Part shown: in pieces, positions 20,293 through 32,268 of the stretch
How the letters are laid out: each line of letters begins with the position of its first letter
Position numbering within the stretch: the stretch's first letter is position 1
DNA from: Bacteroidales bacterium
GTDB taxonomy: Bacteria > Bacteroidota > Bacteroidia > Bacteroidales > Marinilabiliaceae
Assembly: GCA_024401335.1 (NCBI GenBank)
Contig: JAKSLH010000004.1
Span: 37,122 to 101,121, forward strand
DNA: 64,000 nt
Direction: 5' to 3'
Program-made: the position numbers and the translations under genes
The notes under the pieces: model-generated
Told to the model about the DNA's origin: nothing
The model's input: the letters and a program-made list of their open reading frames with translations, nothing else
Databases searched by the model: none

Positions 20293-21264
20293 TCATAGAA
20301 GCATAGCCTTACAAGTTGCACGGTCTATCTTACCGGTGCCTGTGTGCGGAATAGAATCCACTCGCTTCACCAATTTAGGCATCCAATAGTGAGGGAGAGT
20401 CATCCGGCATACATCGGCAGCATCGTCGACAGACATTGCCGATACCAGCAGTACAATAATCTCGCCAAACTTCTTATCGGGCATGGATGTTATAGCGAAA
20501 TCACCCTTGATATGAGAAGACAAAAACGCTTCAACCTCCTCAATCTGCACCTTGATACCACCTGTATTGATAGTATTATCACGACGTCCTTGTATGCGGA
20601 AACAACCATCTTCACGTATTTCAGCAATATCATTGGTAACCAGGACACCTTCCGACACAAGAGGCGCATCGATGACCAAAGTACCTTCGTCACCAAGAGA
20701 GACAGAAACATCGCGCATAGGACAATACCATAGCGAAGCATCGGGACCATTAAGACGACGCATAGCGATATGCGACAGAGTCTCGGTCATTCCATACGTA
20801 GAGTAAACCTTATTGGGGAAAGAAACAAGCTCATTCATCAGCTCAAGATCGACAGAGCCACCACCAATGATTAGATTGTCGATATCCATAAGACGACGTC
20901 GCTCTACATCGACCTGCAGAGTATTATAAACCTGCATAGGCGTCATAGCAGCAAAAACGATATGCTCGGCGACATCGGCGAGGGGATGACCACATGGTTC
21001 GACAGCAACAAGCCTGAGATTACGTACCATAGAACGAACAACAACCATCTTGCCTGCGATATACTTCATTGGCATGCAGAGCAAAGCAGTATCACCACTC
21101 TTGAGAGACAAGAAATCACAAGTAAGACGAGCACTATTGGCCATCTTTTCCTTCAACGCCCAGAAAGGTTTAGGCTTACCAGTCGAACCAGAAGTATGGA
21201 CAAGCAGACGGTCAGAAGCGTCGTTCCACTCATTCTTAAAAGCTTCTATATCATCGATAATCAT
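20293..21264 (-). CDS. menE: short AMP-binding (adenylate-forming) ligase, MenE-like O-succinylbenzoate-CoA ligase
   Basis: 323 aa with TSGSTGKPK P-loop near the N-terminus, YGMTE, and GRRDNTINTGGIKV...GKIDR. Lies 9 bp downstream of menC. Confidence 0.6.
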   Translation of the reverse strand: MIIDDIEAFKNEWNDASDRLLVHTSGSTGKPKPFWALKEKMANSARLTCDFLSLKSGDTALLCMPMKYIAGKMVVVRSMVRNLRLVAVEPCGHPLADVAEHIVFAAMTPMQVYNTLQVDVERRRLMDIDNLIIGGGSVDLELMNELVSFPNKVYSTYGMTETLSHIAMRRLNGPDASLWYCPMRDVSVSLGDEGTLVIDAPLVSEGVLVTNDIAEIREDGCFRIQGRRDNTINTGGIKVQIEEVEAFLSSHIKGDFAITSMPDKKFGEIIVLLVSAMSVDDAADVCRMTLPHYWMPKLVKRVDSIPHTGTGKIDRATCKAMLL

Positions 21265-21273
21265 AGTCTATTC

Positions 21274-22329
21274 TTACGCATTAAGCCATTTCAAGAACAT
21301 TTCTGTTGATGGCATCTCGTCGACATTAGTTTCCATTGCGTCGCCAACAATTCTCAACGGCATATAGAAATTGTCAGTAAAGAGCTGTCCCGTACCAAGT
21401 CCTTGAGGCATAGAAGGATTCTTAGTGGCGCACCATTGAGCGATAGCATTAAGACCTACATTCGTTTCCAAAGCCGAGGTTGCCCACCACTTGATATTTC
21501 GTTGTTCTGCCTTAGCAATCCACTCTTCAGAGCCATGAATACCGCCATGAAGCGATGGCTTGAGAATGATATACTGAGGTTTTATAGTATCAAGAAGAAG
21601 ATCCTTCTGCTGAATATCATTAACACCTATCAGTTCTTCATCGAGTGCAATAGGCAGAGGCGTAGAAGCACAAAGGGAAGCCATTTCGCTCCACTGGCCG
21701 GCCTTGATAGGTTGTTCAATAGAGTGAATGTCGTACTTTGCAAGTTGTTGTAGCTTATTCATAGCATCATTGACTGCAAACGCACCATTAGCATCTACAC
21801 GAAGCTCGATGTCTTTCCGGCTAAAAGTAGTACGTATATGACGGATAAGATCAATCTCATGACCAAAATCTATAGCCCCTATCTTAAGCTTCACACAACG
21901 ATAGCCCTTTTCACGTTTCTCTTCGATACGCGCAAGCATCTCATCGTAAGTGCCCATCCAGACAAGACCGTTAATCTGAATGTTCTGAGAGCCGCAAGTG
22001 AAAGGAGATTTCCAAAGGCAAAAAGAGCCAGACTGGAGATGTCGAAAAGCCATTTCAAGACCGAACAGAACTGAAGGATAGCAACGCAGAGCCTCATAGT
22101 CGATATACCCCAATTCCTCTGTATGCCTACAAAGACGCTGAAGATGATTCTCATATTCGGGACCACGTTCGCAACTAAGATCGGGCAGAGGAGCACATTC
22201 GCCTATACCTACCCTATCGCCATCTCTCACCACGAGATACCAGACCTGACGAGTGGTATAAACACCACGAGAAGTACCCGCAGGCTGTTTGAAATGTAAT
22301 ATATGTGGATGAATATCAATCTTAATCAT
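21274..22329 (-). CDS. menC: o-succinylbenzoate synthase (enolase superfamily)
   Basis: 351 aa. N-terminal capping-domain pattern (FKQPAGTSRGVYTTRQVWYLV...GIGECAPLP) and a TIM-barrel with KLKIG...RVDANG...IEQP. Confidence 0.75.
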   Translation of the reverse strand: MIKIDIHPHILHFKQPAGTSRGVYTTRQVWYLVVRDGDRVGIGECAPLPDLSCERGPEYENHLQRLCRHTEELGYIDYEALRCYPSVLFGLEMAFRHLQSGSFCLWKSPFTCGSQNIQINGLVWMGTYDEMLARIEEKREKGYRCVKLKIGAIDFGHEIDLIRHIRTTFSRKDIELRVDANGAFAVNDAMNKLQQLAKYDIHSIEQPIKAGQWSEMASLCASTPLPIALDEELIGVNDIQQKDLLLDTIKPQYIILKPSLHGGIHGSEEWIAKAEQRNIKWWATSALETNVGLNAIAQWCATKNPSMPQGLGTGQLFTDNFYMPLRIVGDAMETNVDEMPSTEMFLKWLNA

Positions 22330-22392
22330 AGATGCAAATATAAGGTTGTTTTAAGATTTATTTGCTATTTTCGCAGTATAAAACACGAAACG

Positions 22393-24594
22393 ATGCCTCT
22401 GAAGCACACCATACTAACGCTATTACTGCTCTCATCCACATATACACTGGCCCAGAACATCACGGGAACAATAAGAGATGCGGAAACAAACGAACCATTG
22501 ACAGGAGCATATGTCATTTGGGCAGGGACATCGCGAGGAGCTGTCACAGACACTGAAGGACACTTCAGCGCGGCACAACCAGAAGGAATGACCAAGCTAG
22601 TAGCCACATTCGTAGGTTACGTCAATGACACCATAGACATCAGCAAGACAAGAGATGTGACGTTCAGACTAAAGACAGCCACGCTTGAAGAGGTAGAAAT
22701 ATCAGCACGCAAGGCAGGTCAAAACATGAACCGCATGAGCGCTCTGGCAACCATCGACATAGGTGCTTCGGAGCTGTATAAAGCCGCTTGCTGTAATCTA
22801 GGCGAGAGCTTTGAAACCAACGCCTCAGTTGACGTAAACTATGCAGACGCCGCTACAGGAGCTAAGACGATACAGATGCTAGGGTTGTCGGGACGATATG
22901 TACAGATGCTAGTAGAGAACGTTCCCAACCTCAGACTCATAGCCTCGCCATTCGGACTGTCGTATGTTCCAGGTCCATGGATGGACGGAATACAGGTGTC
23001 GAAAGGCGTCGGGACAGTGGTAAACGGCTATGAAGCATTTACAGGACAGATAAACATTGAGTATAAGAAACCGACATCGAACCAACTAGCATCGGCCAAT
23101 ATCTTCGCAGCAACCAATGGCAGAACAGAGGTCAATACCGATGTAACAGCCCACATAGGTAATCATGCATCGACAGCGATACTTGTGAATGCATCCAAAG
23201 ACATCAGATCAATGGACGAGAACCATGACGGATTCAGAGATGAGCCGACAACAAAACAACTCAACCTCATCAACCGATGGAACTACCATAACGACAGAGG
23301 ATACAACCTACATTTCACACTTAAGACACTTAACGAAGAGAGACGCAGCGGCCAGATGGACTTCAAAGGATCGGATATCTCAAAATCGTTATATGGCATA
23401 TACATCAAGACTGACCGAGTAGAGACATGGATGAAGAATGCATTTGTCTTCAACAGCGAGAACAACCTTGGAATAGCAACAGGATATATATACCATCATC
23501 AGCATTCGTTCTACGGACAGCAGACATATGGAGCGAATCTCAACTCATACAACGTAAATGTAATATATAACAGGACGTGGGACGACGAGAAACATGCGCT
23601 CCATGCAGGTGTCAGTTCACAAGGTGACATAATGAACGAGAAAGGCAACGGATCCGTATTCATAAATAGTCATCTTGAAGACATATCGATAGGAGCCTTT
23701 GCTCAATACACTTTGAAGTTAGAAGACATCCTTACCGTCATAGCCGGTATACGAGGCGATAAAAACAGCAACTACGGTACATTCTTCACGCCACGTCTGC
23801 ATATACGTTATGCACCTACACAAAACACAATCATCAGAGCCGCCATAGGCAAAGGATATCGCACAGGGGCGTTGATGGCAGAAAACAACTATCTGCTGAC
23901 ATCGTCACGCAAGTGGTATATAGGCGACGTATATGGTCAAGAGAAAGCTTGGAACATGGGCCTGAATGTCACCCAATATGTCACATTGTTTGACAAGCAG
24001 CTGACACTCAATGCTGAATATTACCGTACAGAATTCCAGAATCAGATGACGACCGATTTTGACTATTCTGCACGTGAGATGCATGCATATTTCTCAGAAG
24101 ACAGGTCATTTGCCAACAACATACAGATAGAAGCCAAATATGAGCCAATACGCAACCTCGAAGTCACAGCTGCATGGAGACGAAATGACACAAAGCAGAC
24201 CACAGGAGGAAAACTGCAAAGCAGGCCATTAGTAAGTAGATACAAGGGACTTGTCACGTTATCATATGCAACGCCACTCAAGACTTGGCAATTTGACATG
24301 AATATGCAGCTCAGTGGCGGTGGTCGCATACCGACAACAGCAGAGAATCCGATAGAACTACAAAGGCCAACAACATTCGGATCATACCAGATGTACAACG
24401 CCCAGATAACAAAACTATTCAGAAGGTGGAGCGTATATCTAGGATGCGAAAACATAGGCAATTACACACAGTTCAACCCTATCATAGATGCTGAGAATCC
24501 ATACGGGCAATACTTCGACAGTTCGCTTATCTGGGGTCCACTTATGACGAGGAAGTTCTACTTAGGCATAAGATGGGGCATAGACAGAGAATAA
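22393..24594 (+). CDS. TonB-dependent receptor (CarbopepD_reg-like N-domain + plug + barrel), non-SusC type
   Basis: MPLKHTILTLLLLSSTYTLAQ signal peptide. NITGTIRDAETNEPLTGAYV... domain, plug, and a long beta-rich barrel. The ATG at 22393 is preferred because the 22303 start overlaps menC. Confidence 0.8.
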   Translation: MPLKHTILTLLLLSSTYTLAQNITGTIRDAETNEPLTGAYVIWAGTSRGAVTDTEGHFSAAQPEGMTKLVATFVGYVNDTIDISKTRDVTFRLKTATLEEVEISARKAGQNMNRMSALATIDIGASELYKAACCNLGESFETNASVDVNYADAATGAKTIQMLGLSGRYVQMLVENVPNLRLIASPFGLSYVPGPWMDGIQVSKGVGTVVNGYEAFTGQINIEYKKPTSNQLASANIFAATNGRTEVNTDVTAHIGNHASTAILVNASKDIRSMDENHDGFRDEPTTKQLNLINRWNYHNDRGYNLHFTLKTLNEERRSGQMDFKGSDISKSLYGIYIKTDRVETWMKNAFVFNSENNLGIATGYIYHHQHSFYGQQTYGANLNSYNVNVIYNRTWDDEKHALHAGVSSQGDIMNEKGNGSVFINSHLEDISIGAFAQYTLKLEDILTVIAGIRGDKNSNYGTFFTPRLHIRYAPTQNTIIRAAIGKGYRTGALMAENNYLLTSSRKWYIGDVYGQEKAWNMGLNVTQYVTLFDKQLTLNAEYYRTEFQNQMTTDFDYSAREMHAYFSEDRSFANNIQIEAKYEPIRNLEVTAAWRRNDTKQTTGGKLQSRPLVSRYKGLVTLSYATPLKTWQFDMNMQLSGGGRIPTTAENPIELQRPTTFGSYQMYNAQITKLFRRWSVYLGCENIGNYTQFNPIIDAENPYGQYFDSSLIWGPLMTRKFYLGIRWGIDRE

Positions 24595-24613
24595 ACATAA
24601 AAAACATATATAC

Positions 24614-24922
24614 ATGAAGACAATAAAGATCATCATGCTAGCCATAGCAGTCTGTATCAGTATATCAGGCATGGCCCAAGACAACAACAAGAAAGATGAC
24701 AAGATAGCCGTTGTCGTATTGTCATCAAACATAAAATGCAACAACTGCAAAAACAAGATAGAGAAGAACATTCCATACGAGAAAGGCGTGAAAGACCTTG
24801 ACGTTAACATAGAGAAAAAGACTGTGACCATCAAATATCGTAAGGACAAGAACACAGCAGACAAACTATGTGAAGCAGTAACAAAACTCGGTTACAAGTC
24901 AATAATCATCGAAGAGAAGTAA
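24614..24922 (+). CDS. secreted heavy-metal-associated (HMA) domain protein
   Basis: 102 aa with a signal peptide. CxxC metal motif (KCNNCKNKIEKNI) in a beta-alpha-beta-beta-alpha-beta sized domain. Lies 19 bp after the TBDR. Confidence 0.7.
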   Translation: MKTIKIIMLAIAVCISISGMAQDNNKKDDKIAVVVLSSNIKCNNCKNKIEKNIPYEKGVKDLDVNIEKKTVTIKYRKDKNTADKLCEAVTKLGYKSIIIEEK

Positions 24923-24937
24923 ACCACAAATAATAAT

Positions 24938-27268
24938 ATGAATAAACCAACAAAAAAACTATTGACAGCGGCTGTTGCCTGTTCATTAGCATCATGCGCA
25001 TCGGGCCCTGCTGACAACAACATCGACAAGAAAGTCGATGCACTCTATGAGAAAATGAGCCAGGAGGAACGTCTAGCTCAGCTACACGGCATTTATCTGA
25101 CACAGTTTTTTGATGAGGAGGGCAATCTCGACACGGCTAAATGCGCAGAGATAATACCTAACGGCATCGGTCATTTCTCGCAGTTTGCACTCAATACACG
25201 TAAATCAGCAGACGAGTTGCGAGACATGGTAGCGACTATGCAAAACTGGCTCATCAAGAACACACCAAACGGCATTCCTGCTCTCTTCCACGAGGAAGTG
25301 TTGAGCGGTGTGAATGGATATGACGCGACAGTATATCCACAGCAGATAGGATTGGCATGTTCATTCAACCCAGAGCTCGCTGAAGAGAAGACATATCAGA
25401 CAGGTGCCGCACTACACAAAGTAGGTGGATATATGGCATTGTCACCTATGGTGGACGTAGTCAGAAACCCTTCTTTCAACCGTCTTGAAGAGTCATACGG
25501 CGAAGACAGCTATCTGTCGGCAGCTATGGGTGTGGCCTTTGTAAAAGGACTTCAACACGGTGACCTGAGAGAAGGAGTAGCTGCATGTACAAAGCACTTC
25601 CTAGGATATGGCGGAGGAGGTGATGCCGACAAGAAGGAGCTGATGGAGGAGATATTGCTGCCACACGAAGCCATCATAAGAATGGCCGACAGCAAAGTGC
25701 TCATGCCAGGTTATCATGCCATAGACGGCACCAAATGCGTAGCCAATCGCGAAGTACTTCAGGGCATCTTGCGCGACTATTTGCACTATGACGGCATTGT
25801 AGTAAGCGACTATGGTGCAATAGAGCAGATAGACGACAACATGAGCGATGTAGAGCGAGCAGCAGCAGCCATCAACGCCGGCAATGATGTAGATTTCCCT
25901 GAGGGCAACAGTTATAAGCACCTGTTTGAAGCAATGGACAAAGGTCTTGTATCACAGCAGACATTTGAGACAGCTGTAAAACGCGTATTGAAGCTAAAGG
26001 CACTTACAGGACTACTTGACGAGAATCCTGTACTTGCTGCAGAAGGACATATAGAGTTTGATACACCAGAAGAACGTCAGACATCATATAAGCTAGCGAC
26101 ACAGTCGGTAGTTCTTTTGCGCAACAACGGTATATTACCACTCAACAAGCCATCGAAGATAGCTCTCACAGGACCTAATGCCAACAGCATGTGGGCTATG
26201 CTTGGCGACTATACATACCAGTCGATGCGTTTCTTCTGGAAGTCATCAATAGAGGACGATATGCATCCACGCATCATAAACCTCAAGGACGGACTTACAA
26301 GTCGCCTTCCAGAAGGTTCATCACTTGAGTATTCACGAGGTTGTGACTGGACAGAGAAAGTTGAGACTGTTGTAGAAAGCAGTGGCGACCCACGAGTAGC
26401 ATATCTTGTCAACATCCAGAACAGAATGATAGACAGTGGCGAGAAAGCAGACATGAAAGAGGCTCTTGCCATGGCGAAGAAGAGCGATGTCATAATAGCA
26501 GCTGTTGGTGAGAATGCAATTCTATGCGGTGAGAACCGAGACAGACAACATTTGAGACTGCCTGGCCGCCAAGAAGAGTATGTAGAAGAACTCATTGCAA
26601 CAGGCAAACCTGTGATTCTTGTTATCTTCGGTGGACGTGCACAAGTGATATCAAAGATTGCAGACAAGTGTGCTGCAGTTATTCAGGCATGGTATCCAGG
26701 AGAAGAAGGTGGTAATGCCTTGGCAGACATCATATATGGCAATGTCAATCCATCGGGCAAGCTCAGCGTTAGCTATCCTAACGAGGAGATACACGAGGCT
26801 GTATGCTACAACTATGGCAACACAAATGATTCGCGCATAGCTTATCCATTCGGATATGGCCTTAGCTACACTACATACGAATACTCAAACATGACAATAG
26901 ACTCTGTTGCAAAGACAGATGGCGGACGTTTCAATGTTTCAGTAGAAGTTAAAAACACAGGAAATGTAGCAGGTGAAGAGATTGTTCAGCTATATGTATC
27001 ACCACTTGACAGATCGGCAAAACTCAAGCCTATACAGTTGCAAGGCTTCAAGCGAGTAGCCCTTGCTTCAGGCGAATCGAAGACAGTCACATTTGCAGTA
27101 TCACCACAGCAGTTGGGTTATTACGCAAATGGAGAATGGTCGGTAGATGCTGGTCGATATATGATAAAGTTAGGTGCATCATCGGCAGATATCCGTCAAG
27201 AGAAAGAGATAACACTCACTGGTGACAATCATACCATGGCACTACGTGACTGCTATTTTGCAGAATAA
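24938..27268 (+). CDS. glycoside hydrolase family 3, lipoprotein
   Basis: 776 aa with lipobox LASCAS. GH3 blocks (KHFLGYGGG, nucleophile context IVVSDYGAI) and a C-terminal FnIII-like domain (YPFGYGLSYTTYEYS). Confidence 0.9.
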   Translation: MNKPTKKLLTAAVACSLASCASGPADNNIDKKVDALYEKMSQEERLAQLHGIYLTQFFDEEGNLDTAKCAEIIPNGIGHFSQFALNTRKSADELRDMVATMQNWLIKNTPNGIPALFHEEVLSGVNGYDATVYPQQIGLACSFNPELAEEKTYQTGAALHKVGGYMALSPMVDVVRNPSFNRLEESYGEDSYLSAAMGVAFVKGLQHGDLREGVAACTKHFLGYGGGGDADKKELMEEILLPHEAIIRMADSKVLMPGYHAIDGTKCVANREVLQGILRDYLHYDGIVVSDYGAIEQIDDNMSDVERAAAAINAGNDVDFPEGNSYKHLFEAMDKGLVSQQTFETAVKRVLKLKALTGLLDENPVLAAEGHIEFDTPEERQTSYKLATQSVVLLRNNGILPLNKPSKIALTGPNANSMWAMLGDYTYQSMRFFWKSSIEDDMHPRIINLKDGLTSRLPEGSSLEYSRGCDWTEKVETVVESSGDPRVAYLVNIQNRMIDSGEKADMKEALAMAKKSDVIIAAVGENAILCGENRDRQHLRLPGRQEEYVEELIATGKPVILVIFGGRAQVISKIADKCAAVIQAWYPGEEGGNALADIIYGNVNPSGKLSVSYPNEEIHEAVCYNYGNTNDSRIAYPFGYGLSYTTYEYSNMTIDSVAKTDGGRFNVSVEVKNTGNVAGEEIVQLYVSPLDRSAKLKPIQLQGFKRVALASGESKTVTFAVSPQQLGYYANGEWSVDAGRYMIKLGASSADIRQEKEITLTGDNHTMALRDCYFAE

Positions 27269-27288
27269 CAAGAGATAGGTAAAAAGGG

Positions 27289-27330
27289 ACACCGCATTTC
27301 ATCAATATATGAAATGCGGTGTTTTTTATT
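27289..27330 (+). terminator. intrinsic terminator after GH3
   Basis: 14-bp perfect stem ACACCGCATTTCAT / ATGAAATGCGGTGT, with a 6-nt loop followed by TTTTTTATTT. Confidence 0.85.
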
Positions 27331-27525
27331 TATATGAGCGAATAATCTTGTTTATCAGAAGACGGAAAGATTTTACTATCATAGAAGGGATGAAGCGTAA
27401 GATATAATTGGAAAACATAGAATCATTCAGTCTGAAATCTAACGAGAAGTCGCGAAGGACATCCTTGTCGGTTATCAACATAGCCTAAGATTAAAACGAG
27501 TCAGCAGGAAATGAAGCATGGCACC

Positions 27526-28154
27526 CTACCCTATTGGATTGGACATCGCCTTCAGAACCAGCTTGCCTTCAGGGCCCATATTGAAAAGGAGGTCGAGTAT
27601 GGACAGTCCTTTCACGAAACCATATTTATCACGGAAGACTTGGTAATACTCTACATCGCTAATCCCAGAAGCAAGGCGATCGCCCTTCTTATGTTCGATA
27701 GCGACACGATAGTCGCGAATGTTTTCAGGGCATTTTATATAATCCTCAGAAAAGGATGGCATAACATCGATATTGAGCAGTTCGGCGACAAGCTGCATCA
27801 TATCCACATTGAGATCCCAAAGAAGTTCGTGATTCTTGGCATAGACAGCCTTGAAGTCGTCTTCATAGAACTCATAGAAAGGCGATGCGTTGTAAGCAGA
27901 GCGGAAGGCGTTGAGATGTTCTGATGTCCAGTCAGTACTATAGTTGATACGCGAGAGAGCGTAAGGCTCGTCGTTGTTGCTATAGACTGGGACCGTCATG
28001 TCGATAGGACCATTGGCCGACATGATGGTGGTACGGCTACGGAAAGTGCGACGAAGGTAATTACCATGCGCCTCAAAAACATTTCGGCCCGGTGTGAGCA
28101 ATTGAGCCCAATGCCACACCGAACCGAAATATGGTAAGTTGAATAATTTATCCA

Positions 28155-28155
<1 letters not shown>
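27526..28155 (-). CDS. WbqC-like family protein
   Basis: 209 aa. The N-terminal pattern (LPYFGSVWHWAQLL...) and overall length are typical of the WbqC-like family common in Bacteroidetes. Its start overlaps the upstream stop by 1 nt. Confidence 0.6.
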
Positions 28156-29780
<1,625 letters not shown>

Positions 29781-30133
29781 TTATTTCGCGGCAAAGTTAA
29801 TAATAAATTAATGACTGACAAATGCGTTTTTGTTTATTACTAGTTCTTAACGTTCTATAACCAAGGGTATTGTAAAGCAACAGGTAACATTATACTCGCA
29901 TATTGTATACTTGGATATATTATGAAAGTACGTGTTTCGATGAACATGAAGATAATTAGAAGAGTATTGGGACATATAAGACAGCGCTTTCCTCGCGTCA
30001 TCTGCTTCTGTACGGATTATAGCGGCTACAAATGTCTGTGATTTATTTTCGTTTAATGAAATGCAATATTTCGCCACAATCATCGTTCATTGTGGTGAGA
30101 TTTATTTCATTGTGATGGGTTGTGGCATTTGGG

Positions 30134-30166
30134 CTTGATTTATTGAGCTAAAAATGTGTACTTTTG
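30134..30166 (+). promoter_or_regulatory. candidate promoter for pepF (cTTG-N21-TActTTTG)
   Basis: TACTTTTG at 30159-30166, 20 bp upstream of the ATG. CTTG at 30134-30137. Confidence 0.4.
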
Positions 30167-30185
30167 TGCACCAAACAACTCATAA

Positions 30186-32060
30186 ATGAAAAAACACGTT
30201 ATTACACTGGCCGCTATCTTATGCGGCATGACCGTTATTCCTTTTAATGCTATGGCACAAAAAGAAAGATCAGAAATTGAAGAGAAATACAAGTGGAACG
30301 TATACGACTTGTATGCCAATGACGAGGCTTGGGAGGCAAAAAAGGCCGAACTCACAGGAAAAATTAAGGAGGTTGCCTCTTTTAAGGGCACACTCGGCAA
30401 GAGCGCAAAGAACTTGCTTGATTTCTTTGAGTTCAACACTGCATTGGGTCAAGAGTTGTCGCAACTCTACATCTATGCTTCTTTACAGAAAGATCAGGAC
30501 TTGAGAGTGGCTGAAAACATCTCACGCATCAAGGTTCTCCAAAACCTCAGCACTGAGGCTGCTCAGCTTTCTGCATTCGTAGATCCTGAACTTGCTGCTA
30601 TCGACAACGAGACTCTCGACAAGTTCATGGAGCAGGAACCTAAACTCAAGACTCTCTATGGCATGCGTATCGACCGCATCAAGAGAAACAAGGTTCATAC
30701 TCTAAGCCCTGTCGAAGAAGAACTAATGGCTAAGATGGGTATCATGGGCAATGTGCCATCTGACACGTATGACGTATTTACCGACGCCGAAATGCCTTGG
30801 CCAACAATAACTCTTAGCGATGGCACTGAGGTGGAACTCAATCAGGCTGCCTATAGTCAAGTAAGAGCATCACAGAACAGAGATGACCGCGAAAAGGCTT
30901 TCAACGCATTCTGGAGCACATACAGAAAGTTTGAGGGCACAATAGGCGAATTGATGAATGGCAACATCAAGCAGAATGTATTCTATTCAAAGGCCTATAA
31001 GTACGATTCAGCCCTCGAAGCAGCTCTCTACTATAACAACATACCTACAAGCGTATATCATTCGTTGATTGAAAATGTCAACAAGAGTTTGCCTACTTTC
31101 CACAGATACCTCTCTCTCAAGAAGAAGTTGATGGGACTTGACGAACTCAAGTATTCTGACATCTACGCTCCTGCCGTTGATGGTGTCGACCTCAAATTCA
31201 CATACGAAGAGGCACAAAAGCTGGTTCTTGAAGCTGTAAAACCTCTCGGCAATGATTACGGCAAAGTTGTAGAAAGAGCATTTAACGAAAGGTGGATTGA
31301 CGTATTCCCTAACAAGGGCAAGGCTTCTGGTGCATATTCGAACGGAAGCGCTTATAATGTTCACCCATACATCTTGCTCAACTACAACGGCCAGTATGAC
31401 GCTGTAGGCACTCTCATCCATGAGATGGGACACACAATGCACAGCTATTTCTCGAACAGCAAGCAGCCTTACCCAACAGCACGATATGCGATATTTGTTG
31501 CCGAAGTGGCATCTACATTCAACGAGGCTCTGCTCGATGACCTCATGCTCAAGAAACTCACTGATAAAGGTGAAAAGATCTCATTGCTCATGAGTATGCT
31601 CGACGGCTTCAAGGGCACTCTGTTCCGTCAGACTCAGTTTGCTGAGTTTGAACTTAAGATGCACGAGATGGCAGAAAGAAACGAGCCAATCACAGGCAAG
31701 TCGCTCACAAAGCTATATGGTGATATAGTAAAGAAGTATTACGGCGATGCAGAGGGTATTTGCAAGGTCGATGATATCGTAAGCATAGAGTGGGCATTCA
31801 TTCCTCATTTCTACAATGGATTCTACGTTTATCAGTACTCGACATCGTTTGTAGCATCTCAGGCTCTTGCAGAAAGAGTGCTCAAAGGTGGCGACAAAGA
31901 GAGAGAGATGTATCTCAACTTCATCTCGGCTGGTGGTTCAAAATATCCTATCGACATACTCAAGGATGCTGGTGTTGACATGACAACTTCAGAGCCATTT
32001 GACAATGCCATTAAGCGCATGAACGAACTGATGGATGAGATAGAGAAACTGATGAAATAA
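30186..32060 (+). CDS. pepF: oligoendopeptidase F (M3B metallopeptidase), secreted
   Basis: 624 aa with a signal peptide. HEMGH zinc motif and M3-type downstream Glu region (EVASTFNE). Confidence 0.85.
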   Translation: MKKHVITLAAILCGMTVIPFNAMAQKERSEIEEKYKWNVYDLYANDEAWEAKKAELTGKIKEVASFKGTLGKSAKNLLDFFEFNTALGQELSQLYIYASLQKDQDLRVAENISRIKVLQNLSTEAAQLSAFVDPELAAIDNETLDKFMEQEPKLKTLYGMRIDRIKRNKVHTLSPVEEELMAKMGIMGNVPSDTYDVFTDAEMPWPTITLSDGTEVELNQAAYSQVRASQNRDDREKAFNAFWSTYRKFEGTIGELMNGNIKQNVFYSKAYKYDSALEAALYYNNIPTSVYHSLIENVNKSLPTFHRYLSLKKKLMGLDELKYSDIYAPAVDGVDLKFTYEEAQKLVLEAVKPLGNDYGKVVERAFNERWIDVFPNKGKASGAYSNGSAYNVHPYILLNYNGQYDAVGTLIHEMGHTMHSYFSNSKQPYPTARYAIFVAEVASTFNEALLDDLMLKKLTDKGEKISLLMSMLDGFKGTLFRQTQFAEFELKMHEMAERNEPITGKSLTKLYGDIVKKYYGDAEGICKVDDIVSIEWAFIPHFYNGFYVYQYSTSFVASQALAERVLKGGDKEREMYLNFISAGGSKYPIDILKDAGVDMTTSEPFDNAIKRMNELMDEIEKLMK

Positions 32061-32082
32061 TCAGCTACATAATAAAACAACT

Positions 32083-32123
32083 ACGGCAGTATGCATACTC
32101 ATATGCATGCTGCCGTTTTTTTT
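32083..32123 (+). terminator. intrinsic terminator after pepF
   Basis: Stem ACGGCAG-ATGCAT / ATGCAT-CTGCCGT followed by a T8 run. Confidence 0.8.
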
Positions 32124-32229
32124 ACATAATGTCCCTCAACAGCACCAAATTGTAATATTTAACCCAACAAAAGAACAAATAAGATACTATTTATGACACA
32201 AAAAAGGCACAACCAAAGGTAATTATGAC

Positions 32230-32237
32230 TATTTTTG
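32230..32237 (+). promoter_or_regulatory. candidate -7 box (TAttTTTG) for first YfiR-like/TBDR module
   Basis: TATTTTTG lies 32 bp upstream of the ATG at 32269. No clear -33 element. Confidence 0.35.
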
Positions 32238-32268
32238 CCATAATTAAGCAACTAAAAAATAACCAAGG

